From Mustelus asterias (taxonomy: Eukaryota), in the NCBI RefSeq assembly GCF_964213995.1, contig NW_027590427.1:124001-188000 (forward strand): a stretch of DNA of 64,000 nucleotides, written 5' to 3'. Made by a program: the position numbers and the translations under genes. Shown here in pieces: positions 23,783 through 34,920 of this stretch (position 1 is its first letter; each line of letters opens with the position of its first letter). The notes beneath the pieces are model-generated. The model made no database searches and was not told where the DNA came from. It saw only the letters and a program-made list of their open reading frames with translations.

Positions 23783-23862
23783 GGTTTTTGTATGAGGATT
23801 TCGCTGTACTCAGCACTGTGACCCACTGCTGTATCACAGTGACAGACACTCGCACAAAAACT
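23783..23862 (-). other. IGHD: D1 segment ATACAGCAGTGGGT (23821-23834) with 5' 12-RSS and 3' 22-RSS
   Basis: AGTTTTTGT-12-CACTGTG [D] CACAGTG-22-ACAAAAACC; all three frames open (IQQW/YSSG/TAVG). Confidence 0.95.
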
Positions 23863-24234
23863 GCACTCACTCTCTGTTCAGTACTGCCGCTCAATATGTA
23901 CTTCAAATAAACCATTATTTCGATGTAATTTACAATTTATGCAGCAGTTTACAAAACACAATCTAGAAACACCTCCTCCAAGTATCAGAAATAGTAAAAC
24001 GAGCGTTATATCCAGGTGTGTAATTGCTGAAACTGTTAAGAGTAAGTATAAACAGAGTGAAAATCCTCAGTCCATTATGTCTGTGTGTTTTCTTGGTTTA
24101 ATGTTTAATTTTCACTAAGTTAGGTTTGTCAGAAGCGTTTTGTGTTTTGGTTCTGGTCACTGTCGTTAATACTACATTTAAAACAAGCACTGACCTTCAG
24201 GTTATGATGGAAGTTGCTGAATTCCCTCTCGAGC

Positions 24235-24273
24235 TGTTCTTGTCCGGGTCCATCCCTGGTTCCTCTCGCTGTG
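24235..24273 (-). other. VH recombination signal, 23-bp spacer
   Basis: CACAGCG - 23 nt - ACAAGAACA directly after the V coding end. Confidence 0.93.
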
Positions 24274-24578
24274 GTGTCTTGCACAGTAATAGATGGCGGT
24301 GTCTTCGGTCTTCAGCCTCGTCATTTCCAAAGAGAAGATGTTGCGTGAAGTGTCTTTGGACGCAGTAAATCGATCCTTAATTGCTGGGGCGTAGTTGTTG
24401 TTTGATGAAGAGTAGTAGTAAAGCAACCACTCCAGCCCCTGTCCGGGAACCTGTCGGATCCAGTACATGTAGTAGCTGCCAAGATCGAAGCCGCTGGTTT
24501 TACATGTCAGTGTCAGGGAGCCTTCGGGACGCCCGGTCTCTGCCTCTGGCTGAGTCAACACAACCTCCGACTGGACAC
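24274..24578 (-). CDS. IGHV: VH segment: (G)[101 protein letters not shown]
   Basis: Acceptor TTTTTACAG|, canonical Cys, W-x-RQ, GLEW and DTAIYYCAR motifs; open frame; ends at an RSS heptamer. Confidence 0.97.
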
Positions 24579-24702
24579 CTGTAAAAATAGATCAAAGGAT
24601 TAATTTTGGTGACATGATTGCTGACTCTGGAACATTCCAGAGACAGACTAACATTTTGATACAGTGACAATGAGGAATTGGACAATAAAAAATACTACTC
24701 AC

Positions 24703-24748
24703 CGGATAAGATACTCAACAACAAACTGAGAGAAATCGCCGACCTCAT
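24703..24748 (-). CDS. IGHV: VH leader exon MRSAISLSLLLSILS(G)
   Basis: ATG at 24748, hydrophobic signal peptide, phase-1 donor G|GTGAGT, 124-nt intron to the V exon. Confidence 0.93.
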
Positions 24749-24837
24749 CTTTCTGGTGATTTGGGGGAAATGGTTGTGTCAGGAACTCAGTGAACAAACC
24801 AGCTCCCGGAGTGTTGGATTCCGGTCCCAGTGAGCGG

Positions 24838-24910
24838 CATTTAAATACCCGGCAGAAGGGGGCGGCTTTCCAGGCGCCGCCTGTTGATTCCCTGCTGGAG
24901 GCGGCGACTG
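24838..24910 (-). promoter_or_regulatory. VH promoter: TATA-like TATTTAAAT plus a GC-rich block, no octamer
   Basis: TATTTAAATG ~90 nt upstream of the leader ATG; GGGGGCGG at 24858-24865; no ATGCAAAT nearby, consistent with octamer-less shark VH promoters. Confidence 0.65.
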
Positions 24911-27900
24911 GATCCAGGTCCCACCTTCCACACCCCAACAGAATGGACTCCCAGATTTACAATAGATTAATATTAAAATGGACATTTTATCAGCGTCGGG
25001 ATATTTGTTTGGCTGAATATGTTCAATGTATTGTCTCCATTATTGCTGATGGTGATATTGCAGTTCATCATTTCTTTATTTAAAAAACTAATTCCATTGT
25101 AAATATGGTGTTTTTATTACCACGCCCCCAAGAAGAACACAAATCTAAAAATGATGAAATAACATTTTGGGAAAATAAGGAGACCGTCAGTCTGTGTTGC
25201 AACAATTCCGGGTCTCTGTCACATTACAAAAATAAAGCATCATTTATCAGAAGAATTGTTGTCGATTTCTGTAACTAAATGCGGAGTATGAACAAAGTGA
25301 TTGCATTTACAGTGTGGATGGCTGTCACTGGACATTTTGGGTTTGGAGATGAGAAGAAACTCTCACACAATACAATGTTTCTCCTTATATTTGTCAAACT
25401 GCCCCAATCTCGAAGACAGCCCTTTGAAAATACTGAGAATCCCGCCCTCCTGATAATTAAATAGTGAGTTGACAGAGAAACATAAATTTAACATCGACTT
25501 TTGACAGAGAAGTTAATGAATGAACGGACACGGAGATCATTAAAGTTCTCCTTCAGCATCCAAATCATTGCAGCTCACTCTATTGGCCACCGGCTGTCGA
25601 ACATTCTCTGGTATTGGGAACACAAGATATCAGGTCTTTGCTGCACATTGCACAATATCACAAGAATAAATGTTTTATCTTCCATTGAATCAGGTTATGA
25701 CCTGATCATTTCTCCGCTCATTGGCAGCTATGATTGGAACTCTTCAATAATGGAAATCAGATTATACTGTACAATAGAACACGGTGTAAATCAGGTACAA
25801 GAGACGCTGCTGTTTAAATAGGGGGCAAAACTTTCAGAATATTCCAGGAATCCCTGTTGTTCATGTCAGTTTGATGATGTTCTTTTAATATTATTTCGAT
25901 GCATTTTTGCCATTGCTCTGATCTCAATTGACTGGGGAATTGGGACCATCAACATCTCTCTCGCATTTCATGAAGTGGTTAATAAACAGACTTTAATTAT
26001 TGGAATGACATTTACTTGGAAGTTATACAAATGAAAAAACATCTGGTCACTTTACTGTTTTGCGATGCTATTTACTCACATAATGAACAGGACATTGAAT
26101 GAAAATATTTGATTAGAATGATTACTATTTAAAATGTGTCTTTCTTGTGGGAATGAAACATTTACTGTTCAAATGGCTGAATCCCATTTTGTCCATTCAG
26201 GTTCACGCTAATCTGTCCCACACAGTATTTGGCAGCAATCCAGCCTGCTGTCAAATGCTCAAAGTTATTGACAGGAAGCATCTGGGGGTGTTTGTGCAGT
26301 AGATCTGCTTCCTCAGTACTGACCGCTTGGCTGCAAGCCAACTTCAAACCCTTCACATTGTCAATGAGCCCTATTTATAAAGAAATCTACCCAGCAACAG
26401 TACTGGAGGCAATTTAATGTTTTAAGTTGTAAGTCTATATGGATTTTACCCATCTCTCAAGAAAGACAATTTATGCAGCTTCTCTGGCACCCTGTTAGCA
26501 ACAATGATGATTTTTCCAGCACATCAGGATATTGTCATGGATGGATCGAAAGAATTACAGGCAGACTGAGAGATGACTCAGGGAGACGATACATGTTGTA
26601 ATACATGAACATGTATGTTTGTGTATTCTTTCCCTATCTCGTTCCATGAGATGTTTGAGTTGGTGGAACGACGAGCACATTATGCCTGTCCCAAGTGCCC
26701 TTGAACTGAATGGTTTTCTATGCCACTTCTGAAGAGTCAGCCATTTTGTGTCCGTCTGGAGTCACATTCTTGTGAGTCCAGGTAGCGATGGCAGATTTCC
26801 CTCATTGGGGGATCAAAGAGGGTTATATGGTCGCCATTAGAATGTATTCCACATTTATTAATTGAATTCAAATTCCACCAGCTGCAATGCTCCGATTTAA
26901 ATCCCTGTCCCATCGTTGTCCTGGGTCTCTGGATCACTGGGCCAATTAAATTAATATTACGTCACCATCTGCGCAAACAATAAATGAATGACTGTCTTGA
27001 TGCAGGAATGAATGACAGTTGAATGAATGATAGTTGGATGAATCACAGTTGGATGCCTGAATATTTTGATTGAGGAATCAGTGAATGGATTGATGGATGT
27101 GTTGCGAGATGGCATTGAAAAATGCTGTTCTTCATTCCCATATTTGTGCTTGATTATTTCATAAATTGAATCAGCTCCTTTATTCCATTTGTGTCAGTCT
27201 AATACCTTCAACTCTTCCAGAGTCTCTGGGTGAAATCCATCCCGAGTTTATCGGGAGTTAGCAAGCTAATCCTCACGAAGAGAAGGACGAGATATTCCTG
27301 CCGCTCGGATGGTTCATTTCTCTGCTGATGCTGAATCTTCATATCCAAGATAAAAAGAGTGAACATGATTAGGTTGAGGAGGGAGGATTGTAATTTTTGA
27401 AACATGTGGTTCTTTGACGTACAGCAAATCACTCAACATGCCCTCACCTAAATTAGTGAAGGTAACAGGGTGAAAAGTAAATAAGGTACCAACAGAAATA
27501 TTGTGAGACTCACTGGACAATAACAATTGTTACATTACTTCCCAAAACAGTGTAATACTGAATCGGGATTTAAAGATTCAGTAACTTCACATGAGGTACA
27601 GGTAGTTTCATTTATATCATCACTTTGAAAATCATCACACACTCTAGCTATGTATCAGGACATTCTGTGTGATGATGAGGTGATTACTTGTCAATGAAGA
27701 ACAGAGGCTGCTGGGTCGCTGTTCATTATGCACGGTCTGAATTAATTTCATTCCCCACTGAATTCTGGGACAGATTATATTCCTTGGCGACAAAAAGGCC
27801 AACATGATGCCAATAAATGTTAATATCAATACATCCTACGAAGCAAATTACAATTGTATGTTGTATAGAATGAAATACTGAAAACAAACAGAAAATGCTG

Positions 27901-29189
27901 GAAAATCGCAGCAGGTCTGACAGCTTCTGTGGAGACAGAATGGAGCCAACGTTTCGTGTCTGGATGGCGCTTCGACAGAGTATTCCTGATGCGTTGGAGA
28001 GATCATCATTGTTTCTAACAACGTGTCAGAGAAGCTGCATCACTTTCCTGTGAGATGGGAATAGTTTAAGTAGTTACTGTTTAATGATATACACTATGTC
28101 GACCCGCACACAAGTTACACCAATTCAGATATCGATCCCAAATATCATATTCAACTTCTCCATCCTAACTAACCTAATCAACGCCTCAATCACTAACTAT
28201 ATTCTAAAAAAACTTCCTAATCCCTATCCAACCGTATCATTTCCCAATTTCATCATCCACTTCAATTTCCTCCAAATAAAAATTGGTCATCCTGACTCAA
28301 AATGTTGGCTCTATTCTCTCTCCCCAGATGCTGTCAGACCTGTTGAGATTTTCCAGAATTTATTGTTTTTGTTTCAGTTTCCAGAATCTGTAGTATTTTG
28401 CTTTTATCAAAATGCTGAATATAATTGGTGAAATAATTGTTTATCTGTATGAATTGATGATAATTGGTGAAGTGGAACAACCCCGCCTGGAAATTCCCCC
28501 CCCCCCCCACCTCCCCCCCTCCCCAAGACACTCATCAACCCCACTTGAACATATATTACCATTCCTATACTGTCGCTGGGTCGGAATCCATGAGCACCCT
28601 CCCGAACAGCACGGTGGGAGTACCTACTCTGCAGGTTTTGCAGCGGTTCAACAAGGCGGTTCACCACCACTTTACTGAATGCAATTAGCAATGGGGAACA
28701 AATGCTGGCCTAGAAAGTGTCGCCCACCTCCCATAAAGTAATGTTAAATATACTAATCTTTATGAATGAATGAGAACTGGTGAATGCATTTTTAAAAATT
28801 GTGAATGGATGGTCGTTGGTGAAAATAATTACTACTTTTCTGAACATTTATGACATTCTCCTTATCTGCTGGAAGATTTAAGGTTTGAAGTTTATTTATT
28901 AATGTCACAAGTAGGCTTACATTAACACTTCAATGAAGTTACTGTGAAAATCCCCGAGTCGCCACGTTGCGGCGTCTGTTCGGGTACACCGAGGGAGAAT
29001 TTCGCCTGGCCAGTGAACCCTACCTGCATGCCTTTTCGGACTGTGGGAGGAGCACCCAGAGGAAATCCACGCATACACGGGAAGAATGTGCAGATACCGC
29101 ACAGACACTGACCCAAGCTGGGAACCAATCCTGTGGCCCTGGCGATGTGAGGCAACAGAGCTAACCACTTTGCCACCCTGGCACCCACC

Positions 29190-29720
29190 ATTCCACAAGA
29201 GATGCATGATTCAAATTCATCACACTTTTTGCAAAGTAAGCCAATGGAAGAGACTGCTGCAGCTACAGACATATCTCAGTCATGGCATCACGGGAAAGAT
29301 CTTTGCTAGGGTCACACTTGAAATACATAATCTACTTGCAGACCGGGTGTTCCTGATGTGCAGTGTAGTGATTGTGTTGGAAGATTTACTCCAGCCAACA
29401 ACTTCTCCATGTTCCATATGTCCATATCTTTAACGTAATTTGATCAATCTCGCAAAGACATTCAACGCCGTCAGCACGGCAAGGACTATAGGATTTTGGT
29501 GATAACTGGCTCTACACCAAAGTATCCATTCATGATACAAAAACGATAACACACTATGACAAATGGTAGCTTAATGGGCAGCACTTGTGGCAGAACTAAC
29601 CTTTCAAAAATTGTCCTCTTCAATCATCAGAAAAGGTGACATATGTAAAGGAAGCCAATTTGAATTGGATGTGTTTATTGTGTGTCCATCATGTACTGTA
29701 AATGGAAGGATGCAAGTGAT
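29190..29720 (+). mobile_element. Ancient RTE-like RT remnant (paralogs at ~40575-40980, 43375-43920, 58030-58560)
   Basis: Degenerate GITGKIFARV...LLADRV.PEAQC...DL.K.F.TVS motifs. Confidence 0.6.
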
Positions 29721-29779
29721 CATTTTGAAATTAATTTCTGTCAAACATGATATATTTCACAAAACACACGCAAACCAAG

Positions 29780-30500
29780 ATGCTCAATTTTTGTTCCGCC
29801 AGGATCACTCGATTCCAGAAATGATTTAAAATGAGTCCAAATATAGATACAAATTTTAAATTAAAAGGTGAAGAGAGGTTGCGTGCCCTTGACATCGACG
29901 CAACATTTGACCGTTTGTCACATCAAGGAGCCCGAGCGAAACTGCAGTTAATAGGAATCAGGGGGAAACAGTCCACTGGCTGGAACACAAAGGAAGATGG
30001 TTGTGGTTCTTAATGGTCAATCATCTCAGTCACACTGCTTTGCAGGAATTCTTCAGGTTAGTGACAAAGCCCCAAGCTTCAGCCATCATCAAAGTTCATA
30101 TGTGGGATGTTCACTGATGATTGAACAAAGTTCAGCACCAGTTCCGACTCCTCAGGTACTGACACAGTCTGTGTCCATATGAAGCAAGACTTAGAAAACA
30201 TTCAGACTTGGGCTATTGAGTGACAAGTAACATTAATGCCACACAAGTGGCAGGCAATGACCCTCTCCAGTAAGGGAGATTCCAACCATCTCCCCCTGAC
30301 ACTAAGTAACATTACTAGCGCAGAATCCCTCACTATCAACATCCTGGGCATTATACTTCGTGAAAATCTGAACTGGAGCAGGCATTTAAATCATGTGGCT
30401 ACAAGAGCAGGTGAGATGCCAGGGGTTCTTCGGCGAATAGCTCACCTCCTGAATTTCCAAACCCTATCCATCATCTACCAGGCAAAAGGCAGGAATATGA
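29780..30500 (+). mobile_element. Ancient non-LTR RT remnant (related copies at ~44000-44700 and 60790-62340)
   Basis: ALDIDATFDRLSHQGARAKLQ..GIRGK resembles the LDI..AFDRVWH RT motif; clade not assigned. Confidence 0.6.
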
Positions 30501-32519
30501 ACAAAGAACAGTACAGCACATGAACAGGCCCTTCTGCCCATCAAGTCTGTTCCAACATAAATGATTGAATATTCTCTACTTGCCTAACTTGTGCCACTCA
30601 AAAAGCTCCATGCCATTCTGGAAAAAGTATCTGTCTCGAAGAACACCCCACCCACCAGCTTCCCAAAGCTTGCCAACATATTCTCAAAGGAAATTATGGT
30701 TTGGCAACAACAGTTGACTGTCAGTGACGTCAGAATCCCATGAAGTAATGTTAAAAATCTCATATCTCTGCTTATATTCAACTCACCTCTGACTCTGTCC
30801 GTGTTACACTAGGTTCTGCCTGGATCACATTCCAGGAGGTCCTATCTACGTTTTTATGCTGCACTCGGGTCAATATCAGCTGTTCATGTACGGAGCAAAG
30901 GCCCTGTTAATATTATAATTTCTAAGTTACGGCTGCACTTAGCCATGTCCCTGCTAATCTGACAAGAGGCCGTGTCTTAATTCTTACTGCCTCAGAACAT
31001 TTACCTCTGTGCACTAAACTGGAAATACTGTCTTCATGCATTACATATGGTTCTGTCACAGTTATTTTGCTAGTCGTTCATGAGATTTTAATAATCCAAG
31101 TCCTTTTTAAGTTAATGCTGCACCAGTCCATGTATTTGGTTATTTAAGGCTATGTCATGTCTCAGTTTTATTGTACTTTGCAATACCTCCTAATTGCTGC
31201 ATTGTCCGAATCTCAGTGTGCATCAGTCTAGTTCCTTTATCAACAACTACTACGAATGAAGTGGGCTCAGTATAAGTTTATATCAGTCAAGGTACTATAT
31301 CAGTAATTATCACTAACACACTGGACTTTGTTTCAGTTTAAACCTGTCTCAGTCCTATAATTATTACTAATGCACTTGGCTGCATCGCAGTTCATAAAAA
31401 TCTCGGTCCAGTATCATTAATTACTCGGCGCTGTCTCAGTTCATGTCGCATAAGCTCCTATATCAGTAAAACTGCGCTAGACACTGTCTCAGTTTTCTTT
31501 TCCTTGGCAATGTCATTTTTTAAAATGTTTCTTTCATGGGATGTGGCTGTCATTGGAATTTGGCATTTGACCATCCTCACATGGCACTCGGCACTAACTC
31601 ATTTCTATTTTGTTGGATCTGGCCCCTGTTTATATTAAAATACAGCCTGGTTCTGTTAATACTCTGCTAGATCGAAATTCAGTTTATATTGCACGAGACA
31701 CTCTCTCTGGATATGTAATATTTGATCCTGACCCTGTATATATTTCACTAGACTGTGTCAGTGTTATTCCTGCACTTAACTATGTCTCTGTTTGAATTAT
31801 GTCTGTATTACTACACGATTCTGCGAGTAGAAGAGATAACATATTGGGATAAAAACATTGCTATCAGGCAAGATCCAGAAACGGGCAGTATTGGATCGAC
31901 AGTATTTGGTTGGTGCAGTCTTGGAGGGCCGACGGGCCTTTCCCTGTGCGGTGATTTTCTTTGTTGTTTGTTCTTTATTGACAACGCATGCTGCACAGGG
32001 CTTGGTATCCATTTTCAATGCAGTCAGCAGAAGTAGATTTCAGATATCGCTTCTTCTTTTCCCGTGCCCAAAACCTCATAAAGTTTGCAGAGAATTGTAT
32101 TCCCCCAACCACTTCCCTCATTACTGGCATTGTCCAGTGCAGTAAAAACTGAGACCATGTCCAATACAATATAAACGTGGACAGGGTCAATTGCAGAAAT
32201 AAGACTGCATCTAGTTTAATGCAAATAGAGATAGGTCTATATTAATATAAACAGAGACAACGTCTCGCTTAAAATGAACAGAAATATGGTAACGTATAAT
32301 ATAACGTATAACAGCGTCCAATTTAGTATAAACAGATACAACATCCAGTTTCATATGAGTAGAGACAGGCAATATAATATTCTACGTGCAATATAAAAAT
32401 AGTTAGGGTCCAGTGAAAAATCAACAAAGGTATGGCCTCATAATATAAGCTGACAGAGGGTAAATTTACTGTAATATAAAGAGACTGGTTCAATCCCCAT
32501 GACATTTGTAGAGACGGCC

Positions 32520-33140
32520 GACTATCCCATCAAAAGCTTACAGGACAGGAGTAACATGGTGTTAGCTGCAGAATGCAAAGTTCCCTCTGCATTGCCAAAT
32601 TAAACCCTCCCAAGGCAGGAATAGCATGAGTTACATACAAAGTGAATCTCGCTCTATACTATCCAAATCAAACATTCCCAGAACAGTATACTGTCTAGAA
32701 AGAGAGTGAAACTCCCTCTACAAAGTCTGCTCAAACAAAATGAAGGCAGAAAGAGCATGAACTCTCTTCTACGTAAAACCTCTTCTGCACTCTTCCTTCA
32801 GAGATTCGGGAGGCAGATTTAAATTACTGTTAGGTACAGGGAAAAGAGCTGTGTACATAGTGCCATAAAACACACCCAGGTCAGGTACAGCAGAGATGAG
32901 ATACGGATTAAATCTTCCTTGACAAAGTCATATCAAACATTCAAAAGGAAGGTACAGTGAATTTAGATGCAGAGTAAATATTCCAAAGACAGGGACAGCA
33001 GCGGCTAAATATGGGGACAGATCCTTTGGTACTGCCACATTGAATCCTTATCACCAGGTACAGCCGATGTTAGACACAGAGGAAAATGTATCAAATATTC
33101 CGAGATCAAAGAATGCTCAAGAGACCTTTTAGAGTCAAGC
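32520..33140. repeat. Degenerate ~65-70-bp satellite-like array (paralog ~46715-47340)
   Basis: Recurring CAGGTACAGC...TTAGATACAGAGTAAA.CTCCCTCTACA...ATCAAACA. Confidence 0.65.
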
Positions 33141-33734
33141 TCTTTCACAGATTCCAATTCATTGAGTTAAATTCTTTTAGAAGTCTATAACTCCGGCTGA
33201 GAGAACACATTGGGTAGATGATATTGACTTCATGTTGTGGAGTGAAGGCGACGAACCATTGTGGGGAGATCAGACACTGAAACAGACAGGAGAAAGACAG
33301 AGAGATGAAACAGGAAATTTCAATGAATACATTTGCCGTGTCATTATATTTCGGGATCAGAGGGATGTTTTCCTAATTCTGGACATAGATATCATCATGA
33401 CGTTTTTCCTCATGTAATTTAAAATCATAGCTTTCAATAATATTGAAAAACAATCGTTACTGGAATCCGTTGATTGATTTGCATGTTTGACTCTATTTCT
33501 GTGCTGTGTTGGTGGGGAAATATTTGTTGTGTTTTTGTCAGTCAACAATCTAATCTGGGATTTCTATTTCTGTATTTATTTACATAAACACCTCACTGTT
33601 TACAATGAAATGTTCATGGCAGCAAAACCATAAACCGTCACTTATTGATCTGTTTCAAATCAAAATAGCGTTTATTTTAAGAATATTAACAGTTGATTCA
33701 AAATTAATAGAAACTTTTTGAACATTCATTACAC

Positions 33735-34762
33735 AAGATACAAAGTGGCAAAGATTAGTGGGAAAATAGAGCATTTGGAAATCTTTAAAGGTCAACAGAA
33801 AGCCACGAAGAAAGCTATAAGGAAAAGTAAGATGGATGATGAAAGTAAACTAGCTTAGAATATAAAAACAGATATCAAATGTTTCTACAAATATATAAAG
33901 CAAAAAGAAAGAGTGGCTAAAGTAAACATTGGTCCTTTAGATGAGGACAAGGGGGATGTAATAACTGGAAATGAAGAAATTCAGAGATTTTGAACATATA
34001 GTCATTGGAATTCAGAAGAGTGCCGGGAGAATCTTATAGAAGCATACAAGATTAGGAAGGGAATTAATAAGATAGAAGCGGGGAAGTTCATAGAATCATA
34101 GAAACCCTACAGTGCAGAAGGAGGCCATTCGGCCCATCGAGTCTGCACCGACCACAATCCCACCCAGGCCCTACCCCCACATATTTTACCCGCTAATCCC
34201 ACTAACCTACACATCCCAGGACTCTAAGGGGCAATTTTTTTAACCTGGCTAATCAACCTAACCCGCACATCTTTGGACTGTGGGAGGAAACCGGAGCACC
34301 CGGAGGAAACCCACGCAGACACGAGGAGAATGTGCAAACTCCACACAGACAGTGACCCGAGCCGGGAATCGAACCCGGGAACCTGGAGCTGTGAAGCAGC
34401 AGTGCTAACCACTGTGCTACCGTGCCGCCCGAGTTTCCACTGGCAGGTGAAACCAGAACTAGGGGGCATAGCCTCAAAATAAGGAGGAGCAGATTTAGCA
34501 CTCAGTTGAGGAGGAAATTCTTCACACAATGGATTGTGAATCTGTGGAATTCCCTGCCCAGTGAAGCAGTGGAGGCTACCTCATTGAATGCTTTTAAGGC
34601 AAGGAAAAATACATTTCTGAACAGTAAAGTAATTAAGGGTTATGGTGTGCAGGCTGATAAGTGGAGCCGAGTCCACAAAAAGGTAGGCCATGATCTTATT
34701 CAATGGCGGAGCAGGATCGAGGCGCCAGTTGGCCTACTTCAGCTCCTAGTTCTTACATTCCT
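33735..34762 (+). mobile_element. Internally deleted CR1 with a nested SINE, abutting pseudo-V1
   Basis: ETRTRGHSLKI...VNLWNSLP and 3' UTR; interrupted at 34090-34430. Confidence 0.8.
34090..34430 (-). mobile_element. Full-length young tRNA-derived SINE (HE1-like shark SINE)
   Basis: Head GGGCGGCACGGTAGCACAGTGGTTAGCACTGCTGC...GGGTTCGATTCCC with pol III A/B boxes and a CR1-like tail; family name from memory. Confidence 0.85.
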
Positions 34763-34920
34763 AAGATACTACAAACACTGTCCAGGGACCTGTCTGACCC
34801 AGACACCCAGTTGCTGCCATGGGTAAAGCCACGCGATGGCTTTCCAGGTCAGTCTCAGGGAGCCTCAGGGACGCCCGGTTTCTGCCTCTGGCTGAGCCAA
34901 CACAATATCTGATTAGACAC
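34763..34920 (-). pseudogene. Truncated VH pseudogene 1 (FR1-FR2): [25 protein letters not shown]...WVRQVPGQCL*
   Basis: Clear similarity to the functional VH; stop codons, first Cys changed to Trp, acceptor AG changed to AA; 3' half replaced by a CR1 fragment; L-V intron homology resumes at ~35285. Confidence 0.9.

Larger units (their letters stand above)
4121..24850 (-). other. IGHM: Complete germline IgM heavy-chain cluster (L-V-D1-D2-J-Cmu1-4/sec-TM1-TM2), cartilaginous-fish minilocus type
   Basis: One V, two D and one J with 12/23-compatible RSS within ~1.8 kb, followed by four C1-set exons, a tailpiece and two TM exons; all junctions are GT-AG and in frame. Confidence 0.97.

Noticed and set aside
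8488-24748. IgW, IgNAR or a germline-joined IgM gene
   Set aside because: Four mu-type C exons with CH1 and a mu tailpiece, conventional VH with FR2/CDR2, and V, D, D, J are separate with intact RSS
34330-34430. tRNA gene
   Set aside because: The A/B boxes belong to a SINE head continuous with the SINE body and tail
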